Positions 1-10,600 of a stretch of DNA of 64,000 nt are shown here, piece by piece. The first letter of the stretch is position 1, and each line of letters starts with the position of its first letter. Origin of the DNA: Planctomycetota bacterium (GTDB lineage: Bacteria; Planctomycetota; Planctomycetia; Pirellulales; Pirellulaceae); NCBI GenBank assembly GCA_039029995.1, contig JBCCFB010000002.1, positions 14,318-78,317 on the forward strand, given 5' to 3'. The notes under the pieces were generated by a model. The model searched no databases. It had not been told where the DNA came from and was given only the letters and a program-made list of their open reading frames with translations. The translations under genes were made by a program, and so were the position numbers.

Positions 1-332
1 TACGGCAGAATCTGAGCCTGTACACTCCAACCATCAACGGACCCCGCTGACGAAATGGTCGCCCCGTTAGGCAGACGCCATGTCGATGGCATCGCTTGAA
101 AGGCCGACTCGTAGCTCAATGTCGCCAGGCCCATCTGTCGCAGGTTATTTGCGCAAGATGTTCGGCGGGCTGCCTCACGGACTTGCTGAACCGCGGGCAG
201 CAGCATACCGATCAGAATCCCGATAATTGCGATGACAACCAGCAATTCAACGAGAGTAAATCCCGTTCTGGCGCCTGTTCTCTTCTGCTTTTGCGCTCCG
301 GTAGCGCAGAATTTTTCTAACTCAAATCTCAT
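1..332 (-). CDS. DUF1559-family prepilin-type N-terminal cleavage/methylation protein (partial, runs off window start)
   Basis: Not in the ORF track; translated by hand from ATG at 332 (AGGAG RBS just upstream): [70 protein letters not shown]... This is the typical [34 protein letters not shown] motif. Confidence 0.93.
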   Translation of the reverse strand, partial: MRFELEKFCATGAQKQKRTGARTGFTLVELLVVIAIIGILIGMLLPAVQQVREAARRTSCANNLRQMGLATLSYESAFQAMPSTWRLPNGATISSAGSVDGWSVQAQILP

Positions 333-449
333 GGGTGCTCCTGAAAGAAACCACTTAAGGAAAAACGTCCCGACTGTGGCTGGCTGTCAGACGGTTTAAA
401 TAACCGGAAAAAGATGGCTTGCTGCAGCGTCGGTAATGACTAAATTTAA

Positions 450-466
450 TTGAGAATCAATCTCAA
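450..466. promoter_or_regulatory. Putative Fur-type iron box (7-1-7 imperfect palindrome)
   Basis: TTGAGAATCAATCTCAA; core TGAGAAT-C-AATCTCA matches TGATAAT-N-ATTATCA at 11 of 14 positions. It lies in an AT-rich gap directly upstream of hemP. Confidence 0.7.
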
Positions 467-519
467 CTGCGAAATTTAATAGCCCCACGCCCTTGCGCCT
501 AGGCGACGTGAACAAATTC

Positions 520-720
520 ATGAATAAAGAGAATCCGGAATCCGGCCCGCAGCCGTCGGCAACCAACGCGGACGAGATAGAAGCTGCAAAAGCTCAGATG
601 CCGAAAATAATCAGTTTCGAGTCACTGGCCCGATGTGGAGACGAAATCTGGATCGAGAACAACGGGCAGATCTATCGCCTCAGAAGAACACGTCAGGGAA
701 AACTGATCCTTACGAAGTAG
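520..720 (+). CDS. hemP: Hemin uptake protein HemP family
   Basis: C-terminal EIWIENNGQIYRLRRTRQGKLILTK is the HemP signature; ATG at 520 preferred over TTG at 493. Confidence 0.88.
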   Translation: MNKENPESGPQPSATNADEIEAAKAQMPKIISFESLARCGDEIWIENNGQIYRLRRTRQGKLILTK

Positions 721-738
721 GCGTAAACTCATGGCCGG

Positions 739-1860
739 TCATTCACCGGACTCGTCAGCGCTTTCTTCCTCGCCGGACTCGTCGTCATCAAATTTGAAAC
801 TCGCGAGGAAAACCGCGAAATCCTCTTCAGACTCAACGACTAACTGTTTCTCACCGTGCAGTTTGAAGAACCAGTTGATGTCGCCACGATTGAGCATCGC
901 GCCAATCACGCCCGTTACGACTTCTTCATCATCGCTTACAAGCCTGATTTGTCTTACAGCCTCTCCTGCGATTGCCACTTCGCTGACTCTTTCGGCTACA
1001 CCGTCTTCGTCGAGTGCGGTAAAGCCTGCCTGAGAAGACCACTGCCCTACAACATCGTCCCATCCATTCTGGGTCGACATCTCGCTGACGGTGATCTTCA
1101 CTTCGCGTTCACCATCTTTTCGTGCCAGCCGTGTTCGAATGAATGACATCGAACTCTCTTCCGCTTCCCATCCATCGGGAATATCGAAAGTGATCTGCTG
1201 CTCCGGTTGCGATGCTTCAACGGACTCACCACTTACGACGGGAGCACCTGTTGGATCATTCATTTCTCCTGTCTCATCAAACAGAACAAAATCGAATCCG
1301 CTTCCAGGAATCGTTGGAAGTTCGCTTTCCAGTTCCGGGAGCGGCGGCAGCATGATCTGGCCTCTCCAGCGGTTTACATTCATCAACGGTGCAAACCGCA
1401 TCGCAAAAACGGTTACCGCCATCTCCAACGGTGGCTCGGCATCGTTCATCGCGATCGTGGCGAAACGATCCTGAGCCTCTGTGTCAGCAGACCATCCATC
1501 GGGCAACGTCCAGACCGGTTCGTTGTTTTCGAAAGCAAGGGTGCCGAAGAACTCCCGCCAGACAGGCTCTGTTTCTGCAACTTGATCGGCCGCTCCCTGA
1601 ATCTTGAAGAACCATACATCGTCACCCCGTTCGGTAATGGCAACGACCATTCGTGCTGGAACGGTGGGTCCTTCAGTACCTCTACCACCGCCGTCCATTA
1701 TCTCCTGTAGAAACGGCGGCGGTTCGTTGAGTAAATCCAGCCCGGATTCCGATTTGGGCATCTCGTGAGTGACGATCTCTTCGACAGGACGGTTACATCC
1801 AACAACCACAAGGGCTGCGCTGATCCAGATCAGCAGGACCGTATATTTGTTTGCGAGCAT
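739..1860 (-). CDS. Putative lipoprotein, conserved-hypothetical type, with an internal duplication
   Basis: From ATG 1860: MLANKYTVLLIWISAALVVVGC (lipobox-like); repeated WFFK(I/L)xG and (L/I)PDGW motifs; acidic tail. Confidence 0.7.
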   Translation of the reverse strand: MLANKYTVLLIWISAALVVVGCNRPVEEIVTHEMPKSESGLDLLNEPPPFLQEIMDGGGRGTEGPTVPARMVVAITERGDDVWFFKIQGAADQVAETEPVWREFFGTLAFENNEPVWTLPDGWSADTEAQDRFATIAMNDAEPPLEMAVTVFAMRFAPLMNVNRWRGQIMLPPLPELESELPTIPGSGFDFVLFDETGEMNDPTGAPVVSGESVEASQPEQQITFDIPDGWEAEESSMSFIRTRLARKDGEREVKITVSEMSTQNGWDDVVGQWSSQAGFTALDEDGVAERVSEVAIAGEAVRQIRLVSDDEEVVTGVIGAMLNRGDINWFFKLHGEKQLVVESEEDFAVFLASFKFDDDESGEEESADESGE

Positions 1861-2049
1861 TGTTTCTGCTGCTGTGAGTCTGACGGCGAAATTCGATAAC
1901 GAAATTATAGGGGCCTTCAAAAGCCACACCTACATCAACGCGATTGCCGGCACACGATGCCAACAGGAATAAACACGCCGATTCGTCTTCTGCGGCCCGG
2001 ACAAATTGTCGCAAAGCCGCCATTCGGTAACTTATGAGCCGCCTGATTC

Positions 2050-3375
2050 TCAGTTCGCAGGCAGAATCACGCCGGCACACTGACCGAATCCGATTCGCCG
2101 ATGCGAGCCGTCGTCGCAATACCCGCGAATGATCAACTCGTCACCATCAGCAAGGAATTTCCGTTCCTCCCCCGTCGGAAGCTCGATAGGTGTTCGCTGC
2201 GATCCGGGAACCGGATTGTCTTTGTCTCCATCCCATGTCAATTCAAGCAGACAACCACGGGAATCACGCTCCGGACCGCTTACGGTACCACTGGCCATCA
2301 GATCGCCCGGCTGAAGGTTGCAACCATTGCTGCTGTGATGCGTCAGCATCTGCGCAACCGTCCAGTACATGTTGGTGAAATTCCCGCGGCTCAGGCAGAT
2401 TGCATCTTTGCCTTCGTTCCGCATCTGCTCGGACGCCAGCCAGACTTCCAGCTTGATATCCACGCCGCCGTGCGAATCATTCCTGTCGTTCGCAAGGTAG
2501 TCCAGCGGCGACGGGTCGCCGGCCGCTCGCTCCAGAGCAGGTGCCCGGAACGGAGCCAGTGCTTCCATCGTCACCACCCAGGGAGAAATCGAAGTCGCGA
2601 ACGACTTTGCCAGAAACGGCCCGAGCGGCTGGTACTCCCATTTCTGAATATCCCTCGCCGACCAGTCGTTGACCAGGGTCATTCCGAACAAGTACTCCTC
2701 CGCCCGGTCGATTGGAATTGTCGATCCCAGTTTGTTGCCTTCGGCGACAAAGAACCCGACTTCCAGTTCATAGTCGAGCAGCTTGCATGGCTCGCGGAAC
2801 GGTCCGCTGTTCTCATCGGCCGGTGCTTTCTGACCCACAGGACGTCGCACCTCTGTACCACTGACGACAACGCTCGATGCACGGCCGTGATAGCCGATCG
2901 GAATGTGTTTGTAGTTAGGCAGCAGCGGATTGTTCGGCCTGAACATAGACCCGACATTGGTGGCGTGAAAAACGGATGCGTAAAAATCCGTGTAATCGCC
3001 GATGCGGCAAGGTAGCCGGAACGTAGCATCCGACTGCGCAATCAGAGCATCTTCCAGGACAGCCCTGTCCGCTGCCGTATCCTCCAGCAGAAGGCCTCCG
3101 ATCGCTTCTCTCAATGCATTGCGCTCTGCGAACGGCAGAGCCATAATTCCACTCAGTGTCTTCTGTGAAACAGCGCGAAAACGACTGTCCAGCAACGAAG
3201 CGCAACGGCTTAGATTGAGGATTCTGTCACCAATCCCGACTCCGACCGATGAAGATTCTCCATCTTCGAAGACGCAGTATGGAAGATTCTGGACAGGAAA
3301 ATCAGACGACGGGTCGTTGGCGGATTCCACCCACGACTTCAATTCGGGGTTGTGGGTTTCGTTAACTGGATACAT
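2050..3375 (-). CDS. fahA: Fumarylacetoacetase
   Basis: DFPVQNLPY, IGDYTDFYAS..HATNVG, PIGYHGRASS, DYELE, NDWSARDIQKWEYQPLGPFLAKSF, ASGTVSG motifs. Confidence 0.96.
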   Translation of the reverse strand: MYPVNETHNPELKSWVESANDPSSDFPVQNLPYCVFEDGESSSVGVGIGDRILNLSRCASLLDSRFRAVSQKTLSGIMALPFAERNALREAIGGLLLEDTAADRAVLEDALIAQSDATFRLPCRIGDYTDFYASVFHATNVGSMFRPNNPLLPNYKHIPIGYHGRASSVVVSGTEVRRPVGQKAPADENSGPFREPCKLLDYELEVGFFVAEGNKLGSTIPIDRAEEYLFGMTLVNDWSARDIQKWEYQPLGPFLAKSFATSISPWVVTMEALAPFRAPALERAAGDPSPLDYLANDRNDSHGGVDIKLEVWLASEQMRNEGKDAICLSRGNFTNMYWTVAQMLTHHSSNGCNLQPGDLMASGTVSGPERDSRGCLLELTWDGDKDNPVPGSQRTPIELPTGEERKFLADGDELIIRGYCDDGSHRRIGFGQCAGVILPAN

Positions 3376-3517
3376 TGATGCTCCGACAAAAACGGGAAAG
3401 GATGCCTTGTTATAAACCTCGTCCTTGTCGCCTCCCAGTGGGATAACGCAAATTCAGACTGGTGCCGAAACAAGGCTTGAGCGCATCAAAGTTCCGAAGG
3501 GCGCGGAAGGGTAACGA

Positions 3518-4501
3518 TCAATCGCCAAAGACGATCTGACACAGCTCATCCTTTGGCTCATCGAAAGAGCAGGAACCGAACGAGATTGCGTATTTGTCAC
3601 GAATAGCAGCGATCTTTCTCGCGCTGAGGTTGAACGGTCCTGCGACCAACCGTTCCTGTTCAAATTCAAACGCGCCCGCAGAGTCTTCTTTCAACAAGGC
3701 CGACAGTTCGTCTGTTCGGGCCCCAAGCCCGTATGCGGCGCACATTGCAGAAAAGACATTGAGAAAACCGTGCATCGTGCCTCTTGGAGCGTCTTCCTCA
3801 TAGGTCAGGTTGAATTCGCTTCTGACGGGATGATGCAGTCCGGCGGTCGCCTTCATCCCCAGCATGTTCTCAGCACAACAGAAAATAAAACGAGCCACTT
3901 CTTCCGGAGCAGGTATCAATTCCTGAGTAACGCCGCCGGTACGGATCTTGGCAAAGAACCTGCCTGAGGAATTCAAGCGGGCCAGTTCGTTGATCATGTC
4001 CACCGGATCTTCCCGGTGCGGAATCTCGACGAACGACTGGAAAGCCTCGTTGCCAAGTTGCTTCGTGGTCTCTCGCAACGATTCCATTGTCGGCGCTTTG
4101 ATTTCAATAGCATCAACGACTGCTGATCCGTTTTCAGGAACCAGATGCCGCTCATTGAACTGGCGGATCCCGGAAACCGCAAACTGAAATGCACCATCAG
4201 CCGCATCAACCGACGGCAATAGCGCACTGATTCGCCAGGGCTCCGTGTCCGGCTCTTTTGGCAGAACTTCACCGGCAAGCTTTTCGAACTCTGCCAGCCT
4301 CGACGCCGGCACGACCAGCCGTCTCAACATAAAGGCATGATCGCCGCTGCGGTATTTCGCGTAGTTCCTGATGACGCTTTCCAACGGCAGGCCTGCCGGA
4401 GGAAACAATCCGGCATAGTCAACGAGCCCGCTGCAAAACTCGCGGATTGCGGTCCCCGAAGTAGTTGATGCCAGTGAACGGCCGGATAACGTATCAGACA
4501 T
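3518..4501 (-). CDS. Conserved hypothetical protein of the type found beside aromatic amino-acid catabolism genes
   Basis: LVDYAGLFPPA, KIRTGG, KATAGLHHP, MHGFLNV and FGSCSFDEP motifs; directly upstream of fahA on the same strand. Confidence 0.75.
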   Translation of the reverse strand: MSDTLSGRSLASTTSGTAIREFCSGLVDYAGLFPPAGLPLESVIRNYAKYRSGDHAFMLRRLVVPASRLAEFEKLAGEVLPKEPDTEPWRISALLPSVDAADGAFQFAVSGIRQFNERHLVPENGSAVVDAIEIKAPTMESLRETTKQLGNEAFQSFVEIPHREDPVDMINELARLNSSGRFFAKIRTGGVTQELIPAPEEVARFIFCCAENMLGMKATAGLHHPVRSEFNLTYEEDAPRGTMHGFLNVFSAMCAAYGLGARTDELSALLKEDSAGAFEFEQERLVAGPFNLSARKIAAIRDKYAISFGSCSFDEPKDELCQIVFGD

Positions 4502-4737
4502 GGCTGGTCCGTGAGCAATGGTTCGTGGACAAGATAGAAACGCAGAAGAAAAACAAAGCAGACATAACGAATCGCCGCCGCCATCGTTTTTTCAGTGTTT
4601 AGGCATCGTATCGGTGTCCGCGTCAGGCGGCAATGACTTGATTTTGCGTCCGCTTTAATTCAATGAACAAACAACACTACCTCACCGATGATTTGATGGT
4701 CGGCAAATAGCGATTACTGGAATCGTAGTCAGCGCAT

Positions 4738-4766
4738 AAAAAAAGCAGAGCCAGTTGGGCTCTGCT
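4738..4766 (-). terminator. Rho-independent terminator downstream of 4792-6189
   Basis: A-run followed by AGCAGAGCC-agttg-GGCTCTGCT hairpin (hairpin then U-tract on minus strand). Confidence 0.75.
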
Positions 4767-4791
4767 CCTTGAATCGTTTTTCAGCGACTTC

Positions 4792-6189
4792 CTAGTTCCC
4801 GATATTGAACAGGTCGAGGAAGAATGGCAGGATTCCGCTGCTGATCACAGAGTCCTCAGGCATCCACATATTCCGGCATATGTCGTAGGCGATCATGCCG
4901 CCAAGAACCAGCAATGATGCAACCAGTCCAAGGCTCAGCACCTGCCAGATGCTGTAGGGAGCCTCAGGAACTGCTGGTGCAGCAGTCGCGCCGACCATTC
5001 CAGCCGGAGCAAGCGCCGGCGCCATTGGATCGGCACCGTAGGCAGCATTGGGATCGTACATCCCGGCGTCGTCCAGCATCCCCGCTGGCTCAAGCATGTC
5101 ACTGTCGCCAAGCACCGTTGCGGATGACTCGTCGGCGTAAATCTCTGAGTCTTCCAGAGCAATAATCTGCGAACCACTGGTGTCGTCATCCATCGCTTCC
5201 TCAAGCGGAGTCAGATTGAAATCGTCCTCCTGCATCAAGGTGGCAGCGTCCGGATCTGCTGAATCTTCGAGGACGATCATGTCGTCGTCATCCGGCAGTT
5301 CAAGAGAGTCGATGTCCGATCCACTCAACTCGAGTGGCTCATCGTCCAGCGAGATTCCACTTTCATTGGCAGAAAGGTTTACACCACTTCCTGATGCTTC
5401 GAATACCAGTTCACTGTCTGAATCACTATCTTCCATGACGATATCGCTGTCCTCAAAATCGCTGCTGAGTTCGGCACTGTCTTCAAATACGGCTTCTTCA
5501 GAAAGTGAGAGTTCATCCGAGAACAAATCATCTTCAGAAAGAAGCATGTCATCGTCGGCGGCCAGCATCTTACCGGTGTCAGACGGGCTTCCACCGCCGC
5601 CTTCTACGTCGTCCAGCAGATCGCCGGTATCTTCGGCTGACGGATCTTTCTTGCTGCCGGCCAGCTCGAGAGAACTGCTTCCGAACGAAAGTGCGTCGTC
5701 GGCTTCATCGATCACATCGCCGGTTCCTGAATCGTCGCGTAGATTCAACTCACCGCTGTCCTGCAGGTTCAGCTCCGGTTCAGCCAGCGTCAGCTCATCG
5801 CCATCGAGATCCAGTGCGTCACTGACGGCGTCGATAGGTCGGGAAAGAATCTCGATGGATGATTCCTCTTCGACGTAACCACCTGACGAATCATCATCCA
5901 GCAGGGATGGAACGTCATCGTCGTCCAGCCCGAGAATCGAATCGCCAAGACCGGATCCGATTCCTGAATCGCCGGCAAGGTCTACGACCGAATCCGCTAC
6001 GTCAGGAGCTGAACCGAGAGAGACGCCGAGATCATCGGCGACGCGCTGCAATTCCGACATCTTGAATTTCCACGACGAGCCATCGCGGTATCCGAAGATC
6101 TCATTGTTCGAGCGCAGCTCAGTCAGTTTCTCCACAGACATGCCTAGCATGGCTGCAGCTTCTTCCATCGGGATCAGTGGGTTTGCCAT
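4792..6189 (-). CDS. Excisionase-like HTH domain + long acidic low-complexity region + C-terminal TM helix
   Basis: N-terminus IPMEEAAAMLGMS...IFGYRDGSSWKFKMSEL (HTH_17/MerR-like); about 340 aa rich in D/E/S/L/G; WQVLSLGLVASLLVLGGMIAY hydrophobic segment. Confidence 0.85.
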   Translation of the reverse strand: MANPLIPMEEAAAMLGMSVEKLTELRSNNEIFGYRDGSSWKFKMSELQRVADDLGVSLGSAPDVADSVVDLAGDSGIGSGLGDSILGLDDDDVPSLLDDDSSGGYVEEESSIEILSRPIDAVSDALDLDGDELTLAEPELNLQDSGELNLRDDSGTGDVIDEADDALSFGSSSLELAGSKKDPSAEDTGDLLDDVEGGGGSPSDTGKMLAADDDMLLSEDDLFSDELSLSEEAVFEDSAELSSDFEDSDIVMEDSDSDSELVFEASGSGVNLSANESGISLDDEPLELSGSDIDSLELPDDDDMIVLEDSADPDAATLMQEDDFNLTPLEEAMDDDTSGSQIIALEDSEIYADESSATVLGDSDMLEPAGMLDDAGMYDPNAAYGADPMAPALAPAGMVGATAAPAVPEAPYSIWQVLSLGLVASLLVLGGMIAYDICRNMWMPEDSVISSGILPFFLDLFNIGN

Positions 6190-6706
6190 CGGGAATCGGC
6201 TCCGTCGTTAATGCATTGCCAGTCGCTTTCGCGCGACCGCTTATCTTGATGCTGGTCTTGTTGCAGTTCTGATTGAGTTCTTCCGGTTGAGACCGCAGAT
6301 AAAAAATGTACCTTGCCCCACATCACGATGCCGCTTTTTTCTCGCGGACTTTCCGGGCAGGATCTGATCATCTAACGGTCGGAGCCAGGTCGCCCCAGAC
6401 CACTGAAATCCCTCATTTTCAATTCTAAAAGCGGGAAATCGGGATTCAAGGCGCGCCTTCGGACACCGTCTGAAAATCGGCAAAGTAGCCGCTTTTGTAG
6501 AGCCAGCTGTCAGTCGAATCGATATTTACCGCAGCTAACCGGCACAATCGTCACCACAAACATGGATTAACCGACCCCGGGGGCCGCCTGGAACCGATTT
6601 GAAGGTTGTGACGATTCAAGCCGGAATCGGACTCAACTGCACCTCAGCACACATTGCGCGGAAGGCTGAAGACCGAGTCAGGCCCACGGAAGATACACGC
6701 CACGCT

Positions 6707-6747
6707 GATAAACGTCGCCCTGATGCAGATAAACGTCGCCCTGATGC
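6707..6747. repeat. Tandem direct repeat, 2 x 20 bp (21-bp period)
   Basis: GATAAACGTCGCCCTGATGC at 6707-6726 and 6728-6747. Confidence 0.9.
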
Positions 6748-6765
6748 CGACCGGCCAAAGCCGGT

Positions 6766-7650
6766 CTAACTGCTGGCGCTGCGGTAACTCTTGAGCGCGA
6801 GCTTGAAAATCTGGCGACTCACAAGCAGGCTCGTGATGCTGATGAAAATCGTGAATACTCCCAGCTGGATCTCCCACGCCTTAAACGGTGTACCCAGCGG
6901 TTGCGCAAGAACACGTGCGGGAATGTTTGAGACCACCAGAATCGGTACCACAAAAGTGAACACTCCCCAGAGAGCCCACCCGAGCGCGCTGCGCTGGTAG
7001 ATCTCCATCGGATAGCGGTAGAAGTTGGTGATGTAGAACCAGAAGTTGTTCAGATGCTGGTTCCGGCCGAGCCAGATACTGGTTGAGGCAAGTACGATCA
7101 TCACGCTGTACATGATCATCGCCCCGCAGAACAGGAATCCCGCAAAAGCCAGAATGCCCCAGATCGTGACCTGCAGCTCCGGATCCTTGCCCGGATCAAG
7201 CGCAAGCCGGCGTGAATAGTAGATGATCAAAGCCAGTCCCAGCAGGCCATTGGGAACCGCCGCCCAGTTCACACGTGGAAACGATATCAGGAACTGCGTA
7301 TCGATGGGCTTGAGCAATGCGAAATCAAGATTCCCCGTCCGGATCAATTCGCTGAATTGCTGAGCGTTGGCCATCACAAAAGTCTGAATCAGGGAATTAA
7401 TGATCCAGACGGTTCCGAGAAAGACGAAAAACTCGTTCTCGCCCCACCCGGTTCCACGACCGATCGACGCAGTATGCCCGTAGATAATTTTGAAAAGGCC
7501 GAAGTTCATCGCAGCCCACGACATCGAAGTTATCGATTGCAATATGAAGTTCGTCCGGAACGACATATCGCGCACGAGTGAGTTTCGCGCGAAAGTCAGG
7601 AATACTTTGACATACGAAGGATGCACAGCGCAGAAAACCGTTGGCCGCAT
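6766..7650 (-). CDS. ABC-2 family transporter permease (second permease of the ATPase/permease/permease set)
   Basis: Multi-TM; FRTNF, LIRTGNLDFALLKPID, FYRYPMEIY, NIPARVL and YRSASS C-terminus typical of this family. Confidence 0.9.
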   Translation of the reverse strand: MRPTVFCAVHPSYVKVFLTFARNSLVRDMSFRTNFILQSITSMSWAAMNFGLFKIIYGHTASIGRGTGWGENEFFVFLGTVWIINSLIQTFVMANAQQFSELIRTGNLDFALLKPIDTQFLISFPRVNWAAVPNGLLGLALIIYYSRRLALDPGKDPELQVTIWGILAFAGFLFCGAMIMYSVMIVLASTSIWLGRNQHLNNFWFYITNFYRYPMEIYQRSALGWALWGVFTFVVPILVVSNIPARVLAQPLGTPFKAWEIQLGVFTIFISITSLLVSRQIFKLALKSYRSASS

Positions 7651-10600
7651 TTCTGGATAACCCGATCTCCCCGGGTCTTTGGTGAGACATTCGAAATGCC
7701 ACTCGTGCTCCCGTCAATGCCCTTGCGTTCTGACAGTACGGTTCCACTCCTTCCCGCCGCAGGAGCAGTCAGAAAATCAGTTTCAAAATCCAGCTCAAAT
7801 ACTGCATCAAGATCAGCTTTGACCGCGCCGCCTCCTGTCAGGAACTGGCGACCGGGATCGACCGGCGATTCAAATTCGATCACTCCTGCCACAGGGGTTA
7901 CAGCCCTTTGATCGCGAATCGTCTGGCCGATGACACTGTTCGCATCAGACTGGAAAAACGCGCGGCGGGATACAGGAACTCCTCGCTGCCCTGTCCCTGC
8001 CTGCCCTGTCCATGGACGACCTTCAAAGGAAACACCGATTCCTGATCGAGGACCGTATTCTGATGTGTTGTTCGAAGCGTCCGTAGCCGTAGCGACAACG
8101 AAATCCACTCCGGCAACGACATTGATTGCGGAAACGTCCAAAGTTGTACTGGCCATTCCCGCGGCAAAATCAAGCGGCGTGAACTGATGTGTTCCGATAA
8201 ACACACGCCCCTCTCCTGCTCCATCATCGATGAAAAACTCGATCGTCAGTGGATACGAAGCCGCCGAGGGGTCTGAGTCAACGCGGTAATCAACCGTCAA
8301 CAGGTTTCCACTGAGCAACGCCGAAAAGACAACAGGTGAATTTTGAATTCTATTCGGTCCTTCGTCGAAATCGCCGGTGTCGTTCCGGTCACGACCGAAC
8401 AAGCCCCAGTCGATCCCGATTCCAGCATTGTTGAACATCGAGTTGACGGAAACGAGATTCCCCTGACCGCCGTTGATGTTTCTGATACCGCTTCGATTGA
8501 AGCCGATTACATTGTCGACGATTTCGTTGTCATCGGTACGGAATGCGAGGTGTATTCCGTTGAGCGAATTGCCGCGGTCAGCGTTGCCGGCCGGATCCGT
8601 TCCAATCCGGTTTCCTGAAATGATATTGCCCGTGGTTTGACCACCGCTTATCAGCACACCGTGCTGCCCGTTGGCGCTGATTGTGTTACCCGAAACATCG
8701 ACTCCGGTACTTTGCTGGATGCGGACGCCGCTACGTTGATTTCCGGATGCCGACCCATCACTCAGGATTCCGATGAAGTTATCGCGGATGACTACGTTGT
8801 CAGCGTTTTGAATATCCACGCCGTTGCCGCTGAATCCAGTGATTGCAAGCCCGCGAAGTTCGGATCCGTCAGCCTCGAATACGAGTCCGTTTGCCAGATT
8901 CGAAGTGATGGCCGAGCCATCAATTGAGACGACAGGAATTCCCGAATATCCTGCCTGCGTTGTAGCGTCGATAACGATCTGGTCAGTGACCGGCGGCAGT
9001 GCAGAAGCCAGCTGAATTGTTTGTGGTCCGCTGCCTGAGATGTCAAACGTGATCGTTTGAACTCCCGGTGTCTGGTTGGCGGAAAGGATCGCACTGCGTA
9101 GCGAACCGGCGCCCGAGTCAAGCAGATTGGTTACGACTGTCGGCACGTCCACTGGTATCTCAAGTAACGTGATCGAATAAGCATCAAGTTCAATTGTGGC
9201 TTCACCGTCTACGAACTGCAGGTCGGAAGCGCGCACAATGGATGACAGATCCGACGAACTGTACGTGTACACTTCGGCGTTGAAATCGCCGGGCAGATCG
9301 ATGTCCAGAGGCGTCTGCCGTCCGTCGGTTGACTTGTTGACCAGGACAAGGGTCAGCTTCCCGTCGCTTGTGCGTGTTGAGCCATAGACCGATACCTGTC
9401 CCTGGTCTGCCGACTCCGCCATCACGCTGTTGTCGCCGAACCGGCTCCCGGCGAGGCCGAGACCGTCATAGTTGCGGAACATTCTGAAGGCGTAGCCGGT
9501 CGGATCATCAGCGTCCGGCGGATCCCACATCGTTGCCAGATCGACGCCTTCGCGGCCGAAGATCCCGAGGATATCAGCCTGAGTCACCGCTCCGTTGATA
9601 TGTTCATTGGCCCCCCAGTTGTACTCCGTAATGGCGAGTTTTGTGCCCGGGTAATGGGTATCTATCCAGGCACGCATCCTCGGAATCAGATTGACTTCCT
9701 CGTTGATCCAGGATGTATCAACGTAGGTGGGATCCCAGAGTGATCGTGTGGATTCCAGCCGTGTTTGTTGTGTTGCCGAGTCACCTGCCGGCTGCAATGC
9801 GACTCCCGGTTGCTGCGGGTAATAGTGAATGTCCAGATAATCCAGAAGTCGCGTACCCGATGCGGCTTCCGCGTCAGCCATTTCGCTGAGATACCACGGT
9901 AGAAACGCCTGGCCCCCATGGGCGTTTCGATCCTGAGGATTCTCCCACCATGCACCTCCGGCCGCAGCATCCAGCGCCGAATAGAAATAAGCAGTCCATC
10001 CCCAGACAGTAGGACCAAGCACCTGCGCGTCAGGATCAACGGCTTTGATCGCCGAAGCGTAGGACACTCCTTTATCACGGACCTCATCGTACGAAGCCGG
10101 ATCAGGGTGGACGTCCCGATGAGTCGAATTCCACAACATCGGTTCATTATCCAGAGCGTAGTATCTCACTCCGCCGTCGTCAGCCGATCCGAAATTCCCG
10201 ATGAGGTGATTCACCCACCCCTGAACGAACGACTCGTCAACAGAAATACTCGTATCCAACGGGTCATTTCCCGTGATGAGTGTGCCATCAAGCAACACTC
10301 CGTTCCCGTTGTCCGGGCGATACGGGTCTACGTCCTGTTGCGCACCGTATTTGGCAACGCTGAATCCACCCTGGATATCACGACTCTTTGCTGCCCAGCC
10401 GAGTGTATTAACGGTAAAGATCGTGTCCGCGCCGACTCTGCGATCTTTCTCAACAAACAGGTCGCTGGTCGAGCCATTGGGCAGAGTCGAAACGTCAGGA
10501 GTTTCATTCGGATAGTTTTCGAAATACCAGTCGCTGGCAAGGTTGACCGCGTCGATCTCCCAGTTGAAACGTGTCGTTGAGTTGCCGCCCCAACGATCAA

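Noticed and set aside
96-320. 74-aa plus-strand ORF in the ORF track
   Set aside because: It is the antisense shadow of the DUF1559 gene on the minus strand.
2101-3015. 304-aa plus-strand ORF
   Set aside because: Fully antisense to fahA, with no motifs; a shadow ORF.
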